Below are positions 37,375 through 53,704 of a DNA stretch of 64,000 nucleotides, piece by piece. Position 1 is the stretch's first letter, and each line of letters starts with the position of its first letter. Below the pieces are notes generated by a model. The model was not told where the DNA came from and did no database searches. It saw only the letters and a program-made list of their open reading frames with translations. The DNA comes from Octopus vulgaris (Eukaryota), in assembly GCA_951406725.2 (NCBI GenBank), contig OX597823.1, positions 93,124,001 through 93,188,000 on the forward strand. Direction: 5' to 3'. The position numbers and the translations under genes were made by a program.

Positions 37375-37457
<83 letters not shown>

Positions 37458-37469
37458 AAACAATACTTT

Positions 37470-38120
37470 CAACTTTAAAACTGTGGTCATGCTAGGTCAC
37501 CAACGTTGGCTGTGCTTCATCAGTATTTGAACACTTTTTCTGATATATGGCTTTTGTTGAATGAGGGACTTTGATGCTGGTGCCCTCATCTGTGTTTCCT
37601 GTCGTGAGGTAGGTTCATCTGGAACCCTTCACAGGAGAAGATACTGTTTTGTTTTGAAGATACCCACACTATGCAGGTCTCTCAGGCATTTTGGAAGGAT
37701 ATTGAAGAGCTGTGGGCCTCTGAAACCCAAGCTATTGCAGTATCTGGTCCTATATTTTGATGATGATGCTGAGATCTTTAGCACTATGCGGTGGCGCTCT
37801 GTTCTGCTGTTTGTGTAATACCAAAGTTTGGTTCAAAGCCTTCCAGGATTTCCCAGATGTATATCACTGCATATTATTGCCACCTTCGTTCTACGGAGAA
37901 GAGTTTTAACTTTTTCAGTCTTTCCCAATAGCTGATAAGTTGCACCGAGAGGATTTCCTTTGTGTAGCTACATTCGATTGCTTCGAGTTCCACCTTTAAT
38001 TTTACATTCTGTGGTGACCGTAGTGCAAACGACTGAGGTCATATACCTTCCAAATGACCATAATTTTCTCATGTTCTCTCGTTTTGAAAGTTCAGAGGAT
38101 ACAGCCATCTAATAGTCTGC

Positions 38121-38122
<2 letters not shown>
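37470..38122 (-). mobile_element. CR1-like LINE 3' fragment
   Basis: LRTFKTRE, YIWEILEGFEPNFG and LGFRGPQLFNILP, homologous to 47060-47620. Confidence 0.8.
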
Positions 38123-38173
<51 letters not shown>

Positions 38174-38645
38174 ATATATATATATATATATATTTTAAAC
38201 TATTTTCTTTCCTTCGCCTCGCATTCCACCCTCCTTGGTCCCCTCTCTCTCTTACCCCCTTCTCTCTCTTACCCTCTTGCGACTTGCCGCCTCAATCAGC
38301 CGCTTGTGCAACATGTGTCTTATCACCGAAAAGGTAATTATTTTTCCACGCTAGCTGATATTGTTTTTGTGTCTCTTTTTGTCTCAAAGCCGTAGCGCGC
38401 CTGTGTCATCCATGTTTTTAACCGTTACTGTCTCCAAAAAAGATATTTCGTTTCATGTTCGTCTTTGTTGCGTTGCATTCTTTCCTTCTGTGGCTGGCTG
38501 ATTCAGAGCAGATCTCAGAATTAAACAGCCGAAATCTGCGATGAGGGATCAGTTTCTGACTGAAGAATGAAGGCTTTGAATGACCCGTTTGTCCTTTTGT
38601 TCGTCCCTCGTGTATTTCATGTTATTTATTTATGTAAAGGTTTAT

Positions 38646-38703
<58 letters not shown>

Positions 38704-39989
38704 CACGTATATATACGTGTGTGTACGTGTGTGTGGACAAAACGTTTTTCTTAAGAAAATACATATTTAAGTAAATTTTAATGTCATGATTGGCGAGAGC
38801 GAAACAGTTGACAAACAATATAAGATTTATTCAAAATTACATTAAATCTATGTAAAATGTGTGCATTTTCCTTTTTTAATTTCTTATATATATATATTAC
38901 AACTCACTACGTAGGGATAATCGAAATTCCGCCATTTCTGCTATATGTATATATGTCTGTATGCATGTATGTATGTATGTATGTATGTATATATATAAAT
39001 ATATATATGTGTGTGTATATATGGACGTATGTATGTATGCATGCATGTATGTATGCATGTACGTATGTATGTGAGAGAGAGAGAGGGGAAGAGAGGGAAA
39101 GAAAGAAAGATATATATAGATGGTGAATTGAATATGTTACCATAACAACTTCCAACAAATTCTAGTTATTTGACTTTCACTTGTAAGTTTGTGTACTATA
39201 GATGTTAGCAGCTATTTACGCTCTGCTAGAGACAGCTTCAGAATCGATGTCTCACATGGATGAAACGAACTTTAAGAAACGCCTTTTTTTTCCCGCCTAC
39301 TCCCTCTCCAGCGGCTCCGAAGCTTTTAGGGTGGATACTATCGAACAGAATCTTGTAGACAGGAATAAATGAATTAACATGTGAACGACGCGTAATAACT
39401 ACTGATCAATAGCAATGAAAACTCGTGTTATATGCCAGCGCCCTGGTAGACTCTCAACCCTGCCAGAGTTTCTTCTGGTGTTGAATGATATTCTAGATTG
39501 CTTTTGATAGTTTAAAAGATAGGTGACTGAGAAATATGTGGGGGTTATGAATGATATATAGTAAAAAAAGAATAATGGAAGAGAGGAAAAATTTATCGTA
39601 GGATAATGCCATGTAAATAAAAAGGACCCAGAAAATATAATCCTCACATAATGTGCACGTGTTTCTGAAAACCGACCGCTGAAGTTTGCATAAGCTTAAA
39701 CGATGTGTTATTCAACAAATGTGTGTGTGTGGGTGTGTGGGTGTGTATGAAAGCCAAGTTTTTTCATTCTTTCTTTTTCATTTTATTTTGCTCTTATTCT
39801 CATTTGTCGTAAAACGTGGTTTTGAATTCTAAACTCTCTTGGGAAGTCTTATTTTAAATTCTGTATCTTTGTATGGCAAATATTGAGTCATTTCTTTCTG
39901 TCGTGTATGTATGTATGCATTAACATAAGTTCACACATGCATACTTATATATATACATACATACATACATACACTAAAAAAAGTACTGT

Positions 39990-41050
39990 AAAATGAAGAG
40001 ACCAGTTTTCTACGTGTCAGCAGCGAGTGATCAGGAAGTACTGTTTTCTTGGTAACGTCTCGTACAACCTGAAAACAGTCGGACTTAGGTACCTCAAAGA
40101 ATACCCCAATGTGAAACACTCAGAACATAAAAAATACAAACATGTGCTCGTATATTTCTAGACGTCTTGAAGAACAGAGCAATATGGAGATGAAGCGAAG
40201 CTTCTCATGGACACGTGGCCGTTACATAACAGTTGGAAGGCTATGTATTTGTAGTCCAAGTGCAAGTGATAGTTAGAAAATGACTAATAGAAACACCTGA
40301 GACAGTGAAGCTGTTGGAGATCGAAGATGCGACTGAAAATTTCTGCGGATGATATCTCATATGTGATCAGCAGCTACCGAAATATGCAGCATTGAATTAC
40401 ATCTCTATGTGAGATGACGTCACCACAAAAACTATATACAATGCCATTCGAAATGAATATACAGAACTCCTCTACCATTGCGTACATATAAAACCATCAA
40501 CCCAAGAAATACCCGTGGAGTATTACCATAAGAACATGTATTAAGTGTAAAGATAACAAGCCGGATGTTGTTGTCTGGGACAGAAAAATAAAAGTAAGTA
40601 CCTATTTCTTTACTACCCACAAGGGGCTAAACACAGAAGGGACAAACAAGGACAGACATACGGATTAAGTCGATTATATCGACCCCAGTGCGTAACTGGT
40701 ACTTATTTAATCGACCCCGAAAGGATGAAAGGCAAAGTCGACCTCGGTGGAATTTGAACTGAGAACGTAACGGCAGACATAACTGCTGCCATGCTGATGT
40801 AAATATCTCTTTGTGAAAGGGAATAGCTCTGGACAACGACTTCGGAATACCCAATTTCTATATCCAGATTATAGATTCACAATTATTATACGAAAAACAA
40901 TTCGCGCAATTGGTTTTGTGAGTAAATGCCTAAGTGATAATCTGAGTAAGCTAGGGTTCTCAGAAAAAAATAGCAACCAACTCGCTCGAAACCATCACAA
41001 TCTGTAAGTGGAACAACAATAATATGCAAGACTTTTCTCAAATTTGAAAT
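39990..41050 (+). mobile_element. Decayed RLE-type LINE interrupted by a SINE
   Basis: QLEGYVFVVQ, DISYVISS, NKPDVVVWD, FLYPDYRF...IGFVSKCL and SGTTIICKTFL. Confidence 0.65.
40600..40780 (-). mobile_element. Meta-like SINE (5'-truncated monomer)
   Basis: Near-identical to 3800-3975. Confidence 0.88.
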
Positions 41051-42130
41051 GTGGCATGCTTTTTCTTATCAACCATGGAACTTTCTACATTTGTGTGAGA
41101 ACCCAGCATTTTCATTAGGGGAAGAATTGAAATAATTAAAAATAGAAGACAACGTACATACACATATACATACATACAGAAAGCCAATTCGAAAACTACA
41201 CATCCAATCCATCAATGGAACTTTAAGAGTCTGTAAAACTTCAAATATATATCAGCATGTCTAAATATGCAACTATATTCATGAGAATACATACATAAAA
41301 CACACAAATCTACACACACATACATACCCTGTTGTTGATGTTGAAATTCCAATGGAGGAACCCTGGATCTAGGTTATAAAATGGTTCTTCTCTATTGGCA
41401 AGAAATAACCCCCACATATTTCTCAGTCACCTATCTTTTAAATATTTACTGAGCTGGCAAAACGTATCGAGGTTCCAACTCACTACATGGAGTTCAAAAC
41501 ATCTAACTAAAGGTAATTCTTGAAAACACCTGTAATTTTTATGAACCCTATTCAATCCACGTGAAGAGATCCCACAATTAAATATGGCAAGAGCTACAAA
41601 CTAAGAGAAAATTGTCACCAATTATTCACACAGTACATTTAAGAGTGAGATGTATCGCTCATCTGACAGGACATTTGTATCACATGAAGGATTAAGAGAA
41701 TGATATAATAAACGCCTCTTGCTTGGCAACAACGGAAGCGTAGCTGAAAAATATCGAAAAATCTTTCAGCAATTATAACCATCAATAATATTAGAACGGC
41801 TCATAAACTTAATGGTAGTAGGATAATTAACATTGAGTTTGTTCTTTTGAAGACGAACCGTGCCAGGAAAATACATATTGACGAATACACACCTGCGCGT
41901 TGGGATATATGTGTGAGTTGCGTGTTTTTGTATGTATGTATGTATGTATGTAGGCATGTATGTATGTACATATATACATACACGCATGCATACATAAATA
42001 ATTACATACACACATACCTACAAACATACATATAGACATACACTCATACATACCTATATTTATAGGGATAAATATTTTTCTTTCCAAAACATTAGTGCTT
42101 TTAACACCATATTTTGCTAAAACATTCGTG

Positions 42131-42226
<96 letters not shown>

Positions 42227-43089
42227 CAGACAGACAGAAAGAAAGAGAGAGTGTGAGGGAACGACAGTGACAGAGAGGGAGAGAGAGTGGGAGAGAGCGC
42301 GAAAAGGGGCAATAAACAGGTAATGAAAGATCCTCACTTTGAATGAATGATCATCACACTGGTAGGGTAATGCCTCTGACAAATGCATCCCTCGTAATTT
42401 TGTAAAAGGCATTAATAAAAATGACATTACATTTATGAATTCGAGGTTTCCCTCAGAATTTGAAGCTGCTTTTGACACTTCAGTTCGATTGTAAAACAAA
42501 AAACGATAGAAGTATTTACATTACATCAAAAGTGAATGTAGTTTCGTTCATTAAGTGTTTATAAACGATGAATCAGTGAATGCCTGTAGTTCACAATAGA
42601 TTTGCAGAGTTGTATATATTCACTCGTTTGTAAATGGGAAGCAAGATTCAACAATCACAATTCATTATTGCGTTTGGTACGAATGTTTATATGGTTACAC
42701 ATCCAGGAAATATTTACATGTGCATATAAACCTATAAAGACTTCCTATCGATCGCTTTCTAAAATCAGGTTGTAATAAAAAAAATGTCATAACTCAAGTT
42801 TATCAGCAGACGTAATAATCAATCCAGCTTGTATGCATACATACAAATACATACATGCATACACACACACACACACACACATATAATAACGATAACAAAG
42901 GTATTATACAGTTTTGTACAAAATAAGGTTTTGTTCTTTCAATATAATTGAAGTAAGGACTGGTTTCGAATTGCTCATCAAACTGAGAGTTAAAAGAGAT
43001 AAATTGCTAAGGGAAAATATTGCTAGGAGCGATAAATGTTCACTCATTTATTTTGCAATGAAGGGGAGATAAATCCGCAATTTTCATTT

Positions 43090-43125
<36 letters not shown>

Positions 43126-43181
43126 CTCTGTTAGACTTGATCTTGAATATTTGTCCTTGTCTGAAATTGAATTCCGATCCC

Positions 43182-43275
<94 letters not shown>

Positions 43276-43290
43276 ATGTATATATATGTA

Positions 43291-43345
<55 letters not shown>

Positions 43346-43989
43346 CAACCAGATTACTATTTGTTTCGTATTATAGAAACAAAAGGGTTTATAAGACTGC
43401 AAAATATAAATGGGACGAAAATACACTTTAATGTAATTGAACTACCGTGGTGAGCTCCCAAAATCACCATAGATATATGTGAATGTTGCATTTGACCTGT
43501 GATATCTTTTTATTGTGAACCGTGAACGAACTTGTGTGAGGGGAGTAAAAGACTTTTTTCAAGATGTATGTGAATTTAACCTGTGGAAGTCTGCTAACTT
43601 ATGAACTTTGGGCGTACCTGTGTGAGGGAAGTAAAAGACTATTTCGAATATTTTTTATGAAAAACATCTTTTTTATAATTTAAAAAAAATATTTTAATCG
43701 TGAGATAAAATCTTTTTCGTTGGCGGACACTTATTTTATCTTTATTCTATACTTGTGCAGTAGGATTTTTATAGTTTTGAATTTTTAGTCGTTAAATGTA
43801 ACTTTTGATAAGGCGTTCTATTTGTATTTTAATAGGATATATACATATATATATATATATATTTACATTCTGTGATTTTATGTATACATATTAGGTTTTT
43901 ACGTTATTTGTTTATATATGATTAAATGTTTGAGGGGTGGTGTTGTATGTAAAGTTTTTGACCCATTGTTCTGTAACTAATGCTTCTTG

Positions 43990-44027
<38 letters not shown>

Positions 44028-44032
44028 GTATA

Positions 44033-44512
44033 TAGAGGACGATATGTAGCACATATCACTATACCAAGTTGCCTTACATGTACAATTAGTGTGTCACACA
44101 CCGAATTTGAGTATGACAAATGGACCTGGGGTGTGAAGTCCTCGCGGATGTACATAGCAACTCCTCCGTGACTCCTTTCTTTTCTGTCGGTCCGTAGTAC
44201 AACATACTGTGGTATGTGTATTTCAGCATCTGCTATGTCCGGTTTCAGGTGTGTTTCCGTAAGTTCCATGCATAAGGCTTGATTGCATGCAACAAAGTCT
44301 CTCAAGAACGGGAATTTTGTCCTGTTTTTCCTCTCATCAGGGATAGGTGAATTATAACCTCGAAACCAGACAAAAATTTAATTAACTCTAAAATTTATAC
44401 AATGATTTTAATTAATACTGTTAAGAAGAATATGCAATTAAAAAAAATATTCACTGCAAAAAACAAGTTTACTTTCTGATTGTAATTTGAAATTTGTGGC
44501 CTTAAATTTGCA

Positions 44513-44583
<71 letters not shown>

Positions 44584-44593
44584 TATATATATA

Positions 44594-44632
<39 letters not shown>

Positions 44633-45110
44633 TGCAAATTTAAGGCCACAAATTTCAAATTACAATCAGAAAGTAAACTTGTTTTTTCAGTGAATATTTT
44701 TTTAATTGCATATTCTTCTTAACAGTATGAATTAAAATCATTGTATAAATTTTAGAGTTAATTAAATTTTTGTCTGGTTTCGAGGTTATAATTCACCTAT
44801 CCCTGATGAGAGGAAAAAACAGGACAAAAATCCCGTTCTTTAGAGACTTTGTTGCATGCAATCAAGCCTTATGCATGGAACTTACGGAAAAACACCTGAA
44901 ACCGACATAGCAGATGCTGAAATACACATACCACAGTATGTTGTACTACGGACCGACAGAAAAGAAAGGAGTCACGGAGGAGTTGCTATGTACATCCGCG
45001 AGGACTTCACACCCCAGGTCCATTTGTCATACTCAAATTCGGTGTGTGACACACTAATTGTACATGTAAGGCAACTTGGTATAGTGATATGTGCTACATA
45101 TCGTCCTCTA
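44033..45110. repeat. Near-perfect ~480-bp inverted duplication centred on (TA)n
   Basis: 44033-44516 is the reverse complement of 44628-45110. The same peptides appear on both strands in the ORF track. Confidence 0.92.
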
Positions 45111-47762
45111 GATGCCCCAAGCCATGTAGGCAAGTTTGAAGACAGCCTTATAAATAGAAGAAGTTCTAGTCACATTAGAACAACACATAAGTGTACTTCT
45201 TATGGGAGACTTCAATCTACCCAATGTCAGATGGCCCGAAGGCCTTTCTCTCCCAGGAATGACACGATGTGAACGAGGACAGGCGAGGTCCCTCCTGAAC
45301 CTCATCAACACCCTGTACATGGAGCAAGTAATACTCCAACCAACCAGGGCAGGTAACATACTGGATCTCTGCTTCACAAATAATATGGATCTCATCCATA
45401 ATGTGAAAGTGACACCGACACTACTCTCGGATCACAACATGGTAGAGCTGACCATGTACGGGCCAAAGCAAAGCATGGACATGCAACCTACAAGAAACTC
45501 TCAGAATCTTTCCAGCTTGAACTTCCATAAGGAAAACTGGAAACAAATTGAGAAGAGTTCCTCAAACAAAACTGGCCTGAATGTTTCTCCTCGCCAGACA
45601 TCGACATGAAACTTCAACAATTCATGTCTGTAATGCAAGCCATATGCTACAAATGTGTACTGTACACAAGAACAAAATCCTCAGAGAGAGGAAAATACAA
45701 ATGAGACGGCGTACAAAGGTTTCAAATCGCCTAAACAAACAAATTGAAAGCAGTTAAAAGTCCCGCCTGAAAATAAAACCGTTGGAAATTGAAAAATGTC
45801 TGCAACCCTCCCATGAAAAAGAAAGAGCAGACAAAGAAGCCTGGGCTATAAACAACATAAAATCTAACCCCCAAAGCTTTCTACAGGTATGCCAAAGAAA
45901 CAGCTACAGTGCACTGTAGGATAGGGCCACTCCTTGAAAAGGATGGCACACTCTAGGAAATCCAATGAGGATAAGTGAAATACTAAATGAGCAATTCAAG
46001 AGTATTTTCACTCCACCCCGAGGGCATTTTCAAGTCAGCAATCCAACTGACGTCTTTACCACTGCAGATATAAAATCAGAGGCAGCGATGATTGATTACA
46101 TCAATATAAAGGAAGACGATGTAATAAAGGCTATAGATGAAATGAAAACAAACTCAGCTACTGGCCCCGATGGATTCCCAGCAATCCTTCTAAAAGTATG
46201 TAAGAGAGTCCTAGCAAGACTACTGCAGTTCCTCTTTCAGAGCTTCCTTGCAACTGGCAAACTTCCAAGAAAACTGCAGAAAGGTAAAATGTGCCCTATT
46301 CATAAAGGAAGTAGCAGAGCGGAGGCCAAGAACTAAAGACCTATCTCTCTGACCTCACACATCAGCAAGGTCATTGAACGAATAGTCAGAAGGAAACTAA
46401 TCACCTTCCTTGAAGAAAATGACTTGCTGCCTGACACCAAACATGGTTTCCGACCAGGAAGAAGCTGCTTAACTCAGCTCCTACAACACTATGACTGGGT
46501 GCTGAAACGGCTGCTCAACCACTCAAATGTGGAAGTGATATATCTCGACTTTGCAAAGGCCTTTGATAAAGTCGATCATGGAATGATATGTCACAAACTG
46601 CGTGATCTTGGCATAGTTGGACAATTGGGAGAATGTCTTCATGACTTTCTAAAGGATAGAAGTCAGGTGGTAGTAGCCACTTCCATTAACACGCAAATAG
46701 TGAGCGGTGTTCCGCAGCGCACTGTTTTGGGACCACTACTGTTCGTAATGGCCCTCTCAGACATGCCCTCAGCCACGCAGAGAGCCACGATCACAAGTTA
46801 TGCAGATGATACAAAAGTTTCACAGGCAATACAGAACCCTGAAGATACTAAGCACCTGCAATGTGAGCTGGACAAAATATACAAGTGGGCTGAAAAGTCT
46901 AGCATGCAGTTCAATGCTGAAAAGTTTCAAGCTTTATACTATCAGCATGCAAAACTAAATGCAATACCCAATGAATACACTGGACCTGGAGGGATTGCAA
47001 TCCCAGAGGCACAATCAGTGCGAGATCTGGGTATTTACATGAGTGATGATGGAAATTGGCAATGAAATGTAGGCGGCTGACCGGTTGGATTCTTAGAACC
47101 TTTAGAATAAGAGACCAGGAAACCATGATGGTCCTCTGGAGGACACTTGTCCTAAGCCACTTTGACTATTGCTCTCAGCTATGGTCACCATCCAGTGTCA
47201 AGTTAATCACAGAATTTGAGGCGATCCAACGAAGCTACACGAAGAAGATAGCCTCTGTGCAGCATATAAGCTACTGGGAAGACTCAATAGATTAAGACTC
47301 TATTTCTTAGAGCGTAGGCTAGAAAGATATGCCATAATATATATCTGGAAGATCCTAGACGGACTTGTCCCAAACTTTGGCATCGAGTGTAACACAAATT
47401 CCAGAACTGGGCGCCACTGCATAGTGCCAAGGACTCCACATTTGCCATCAAGATGTAGGACGAGATACTGTGATAGCCTGGGCTTCCAAGGCCCACAGCT
47501 CTTCAATATCCTCCCGAAGAACCTAAGAGACCTGCATGGGGTGGATGCAGATGTCTTTAAAATAAAACTGGATCTCTTCTTGTCAGGTGTCCCAGATGAA
47601 CCAACTTCACGACAGGAGGTGCAGATGAGGGCAGCTGCATCTAACTATCTCATGCACCAAATGACAGTTGCTAAAATGCATTCGTGAAGTAAAATCATGT
47701 AGCAACACCAAATGGCGGTGCCCCAGGATGGCCAGAGCTTGTGAGCTGAAACTAGATAAAAA
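44810..47762 (+). mobile_element. CR1-like LINE, ORF2 (APE endonuclease plus RT), frameshifted
   Basis: LTETHL, GGVAMY, MGDFN, ILDLCF and SDHN (endonuclease); ATGPDG, GFRPGRSC, YLDFAKAFDKVDH, SGVPQ and YADD (RT); YCSQLWSP. The 3' end is ggcggtgccccaggatggcc...ctgaaacta. Confidence 0.92.
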
Positions 47763-48470
47763 ATTTTTAAAATATAACAAAAATAAATTTGTGTTATTTG
47801 TACAAAATGGGGAAACGTTCGAAAATGGGAAACTAATAATCCCCCCTCGACCTAACAAAAACTAATAGAGAGATTCTGAGGAAAATCTTATAAAGATAGT
47901 TATTTTGTATATTATTTATTTAGTCTACTGCCCTAAACTGTTATTTGTGGATTCTTATCTTTTACATATAAGTGTGTATGTGTGTGCATGTGTATGTCTA
48001 TGTGTGTATGTATGTTCACAACTTACTTGAAAGTAACATTAGAAAAGTAAAACTCTAAGGGCATTTGAAATAACAATGAGATAAAACTAATACAAAAATG
48101 TACGGGTGAAAAGGAAATTATTGTTTTTTTCGAAATATATTGAAATATATTGAGAATATCTTATCTTAAACAATATTGGAATCAAAGTCAAGTAGTGCAA
48201 TTTTTTAAAAAAGGCTGGCGTAAATATTGTCTTGAAGGAGTCTTTCTTGGGATTAATGTAATAAAACTGAAACGTTTGAAAGTTAAGATAATGATGCTGA
48301 GAAACTAGATAACTGTTTCGTAATATTTAAAGTATAAGACTGTATTCTGAGAAATTCATCCAATTTTAAGATGAAGCCCAGAATTGAAAACACGTAGCAT
48401 ATCGTGTTACTTACGTAAGACTCTTCATTTGCAAATGCAGTGTATGATAGTCTGTGTGTGTGTGTGTATT

Positions 48471-49765
<1,295 letters not shown>

Positions 49766-49799
49766 ATCCCACTCGTGCGATACCCCACAACTCAACTTT

Positions 49800-49865
<66 letters not shown>

Positions 49866-50599
49866 GCATACATACATATATGTATGTATTTATATGTGTT
49901 TGTGTGTGTGTAATAGTTAAGTGTATAATTAAATACATTAAAACCACCCATGGAGGAATATATTTAGAACAGCACCGGTTAAGTTTCTTGTGAACTATTC
50001 CTCTACATGTTAAGCTGTTAAGATGAAGAATATGAAATATATATGAGGTATACAGGATGGTGTCATATCATAACTGTCTTTATAAATTAATTGTTTCCGT
50101 CACGAATTCGTTTTATTTTATACTGTGGTATTATTAAATTGTAAAGATACTTTCTTTCGGTTGATAATTGTTTACGTAAAGTAAAAACGAATGAAAGAAT
50201 GTGAAAAACCTTTAAAACGATTATGTGTGTGTATGTGTTTCCTTATTTCGTTGAGAGCTATATCGAACTAAGAAAAATTATTCATATTTAGGAACAGCCA
50301 AGTAATACAAAAATATAACATCTGCGTACAGATGTTAAAAGGATTTACGTTTACAAGATTTAATATACCGAATTGCATAATCTGTAAGCAGTTTAGTTAA
50401 ACGTGTTAGAAGGCGTTTGTGATGAAATTTACTCTCAAATAAATAAAATGAAGCTTAATTAAATGCATATAATAACTTCTGTAAAAAATAATGTTTTAAG
50501 TAATTAAGTATCGGAATAAATGGCAAAAATTTACTAAAATACAAAGCTCTTGGTTTATTAGCATTTATTGTCTGGTCACACTTAATGATTCCTGTCTCA

Positions 50600-50812
50600 A
50601 GTTTTAGTATTCATAGAGACGGTTACCAGGTTTTCATGGCATATAAGGGATCGGGACTACGACAAACCCCATGGACGGGACACCAGTCTGTCGCAGGGTT
50701 TCCAACTGAGTGGAATGAAGCAATGTGAAATAAAGTGTTTTGTTCAACGAACCCTGAACCCTGAACTTGCGATCGTGTGTGCAGACAGCCTAATTTTTAG
50801 TCCCCACGCGTT
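50600..50812 (-). mobile_element. SINE (V/Deu-like family)
   Basis: Reverse complement: ttgaacaaaacactttatttcacattgc..ccactcag..ccctgcgacagactggtgtcccgtcca. Confidence 0.6.
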
Positions 50813-51035
50813 CACGTAGTGATGCTTCGTATTATCATAACATATATACGAAAAGCTATGCTAATTAAGAAACTAATGATTATTAGTAGAAATATAACGC
50901 GGCTATTACATCAGTGAACTGCATAGGGAAAGTGACTGCGTCGCTGTGAAAGGGAAGGTTAGAAAGTTACTGATTAGATCTTAAAGAAGATGCTTTCCTT
51001 TCATCAACCTGTGGAGATTCACAATTATCAGAGCT

Positions 51036-51270
51036 TCAGTTGTTCGACCCAAAACCGCGATACTCGGGTTTTGATGGATCGGCAATAGTAGCCAACGTAC
51101 TCTTCACTTCCAGTCTAACTCCTCTCTCGTACACCATAACCAGCAAGAGGCTGTTTCTGCTGCTCTCATCCTGCACACAACTGTCTACATCTCTCTTCCA
51201 TTTGCACCATTCGCTATTAACATTCCCCACGCTGATTTGGTCGGGGAATCCATCTCCTACAGCCGTCATA
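51036..51270 (-). CDS. Candidate terminal coding exon of an unidentified host gene
   Basis: Non-repetitive, GC-richer 77-codon frame MTAVGDGFPDQISVG...PEYRGFGSNN*, preceded by the acceptor-like ctcctttgtag. No TE motif recognised. Confidence 0.45.
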
Positions 51271-51567
51271 CTACAAAGGAGTGTAGTTGTGCCTTGTATA
51301 AATTATTATCGAATTAGGCATTTAATGTTTAAATCGCGTTAAAGTTGTAAACGCCTTCAATCTGCATGATGAGGGGAAACTGCTGAATAGATGAAGGGGC
51401 GGATTCGTTGTTTATCTTGTGAGCAATCAGTTCTCAAGTATTCGACAGTCACCTGTGACTTGCACACGATTCTTAGGCTTAGACAATGCGCCAATGCTAG
51501 AAAGTTGAACTACAGGTAGGCATAGGAGAAACAGAAAATATAAATAAAAAACAAAGAAAAATAAAGA

Positions 51568-51609
<42 letters not shown>

Positions 51610-52251
51610 CCTTGTACTGAGGTGAAATATGAATTACTTCTTCCCTGAAATAAAGAAGAACAGGGCTAATTGTGATTGGAAATTTGACATGCATTTTCCG
51701 TTGGAAACGACTAGTCCTCATTACCTTTTTCCCATAGATTTATTATTAGCAATAAAGCTCTACAGTGTTTCAAACTACAATATTTCCTATTATAAACCTC
51801 TATAATTATGGTGCATCATTTCCGTATCGGATATCACTCAGCGAGCGCCCGTAAATAATTTTTAGAGGTTTGCTAAAGTAGTTTACTAACTAAATTATTA
51901 CGAGGTTGGAATGGCCATGATGCACTTTTTACAGGTTTGGTAATTTCTGATTTTGGTTATACAATACTGCAAAATCGTGGTTTTCAATATATATGTATAT
52001 ATATATATTTAATCAATATAGGGTAGCAAAAAATTCAATAGAAATTTATCGCCACCAGCGGTCTAGTGAGAAAGAAACAATGCATTGTCTAAAGATGAAT
52101 TAGGATAAATGTTTTTAAATTTTCCTTTAATTTCTGAATTACTACTACTTGGCGGTTTGAGTCCTGGCTGCTCTTTCTAGTGGGTCGAATGGCCTATTAA
52201 GGCCATTCCTCAATTGTTGTTGAATTGTATATATATATATATATATATACA

Positions 52252-53636
52252 CTAGCAAATGCCCCAGCGTCCATTGGACGGTTTGTATAAGTGAAGGTTT
52301 GTATGGGGTTGTTACTTTTGTGTATGGCATTAATGATTCCTGAGACTTTAAAACTGTTGATTGTTTCTTGTAAAGAAGAAAAATTGGTTGATAGTGAATC
52401 TTAGCACAGTGAACCTTTTCAAAAATGAAGGAAAGCTGTTCAGCTCACAATATATACAACTCCCAATGAATTCGGTCATCATGATTAACCTTAAACTTTT
52501 TGCACCCAAGCACATTCACATTAGGATAAGTAAAATGTACTCTTCAATAGTACATACCTCATGTTGACACTTATACGTCAGACAGAACGCTATTTTATCT
52601 CCAAAATGAATATTGCAAGTGATATTTAAGCAATAAACAGTTCTTTGGCTTTTGCATTTGGCGACTGTTGCTTTACGTATTTTATTCCGATTTTCACAGG
52701 CGTAATGGTAAGAACTACGGGATAAGTAATATTAGCTTCGAATATAAATATAAATGGAAGATTTAATCACCCGATGGACAAGCAAACCGAAACTGCTACT
52801 CAATAAAGGCGCAAAAATGCTTAGGGAAGTCTCTCTTCTCTCAATAACTGACACAAAAAGAGTTGAAAATCGGGGGTGAAATAACAAAATGTGCAGTAAA
52901 AAAAAATAAGGCATGTTTTTTGCAAATCAATTTTATCTCAAAAAACAAACAATACCGCTTATGTTTTTAAGTTGGATGAGAAAGGTTAGGCAAGTTTTTA
53001 GGTGTAACCCCGCCACCCAATTCCTCAGGTTTTATAAGCAATCAATTTTTCTACTTTCAATTGGATTTTGCTGAGAATATCTTCAGAAAATTGAGTAATC
53101 ACCAGTTTTTTTAATTGCTTTATTTTCGCTTTTTTTGCTCGCTTAAAATAACTGCCTTTTCCTAGTAGCTTTTCATGTCATCTGGTTTATTGCACGAAAA
53201 ACAGCCGTAAGAACACATTTGACTGCGAATGCACGTGGTTGATTGCAATTTATTAAACTAAGGGTGATATCGATTTATTTAACCGTTTATAAACTTGTGA
53301 AAACGCAGAAATGAATACAGTTGTTCATGCTCTAATATTTAAATCAAAATGAGACTGTATTTACAAATAGCAAGCTTTATTTACACATAGCTGTCATTTA
53401 AATGTGAAGACGTAGAAATGAATTGTTTAGAACGTCATTTAATGAACAGGATGGAGGAAGAAACAAAACAAAAAGATTGCAAAAATAGCGATGCTCACTT
53501 TGAAACTAACAATTTTGAAAATCGTTTTAGATTACGGAACGCCCCACTCTCTCATATATCCAAGTTTAAAATTTTAGCGCGATCGAATGAAGAATATTCG
53601 AGTTAAAATCGCACAAAAACAGACAGACAGAACGGG

Positions 53637-53645
<9 letters not shown>
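52252..53645 (-). mobile_element. Non-autonomous Helitron
   Basis: The 5' end is shared with the 4420 and 54370 copies. The 3' end is a cgtcc-aat-ggacg hairpin followed by CTAG|T at 52252. Confidence 0.7.
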
Positions 53646-53701
<56 letters not shown>

Positions 53702-53704
<3 letters not shown>

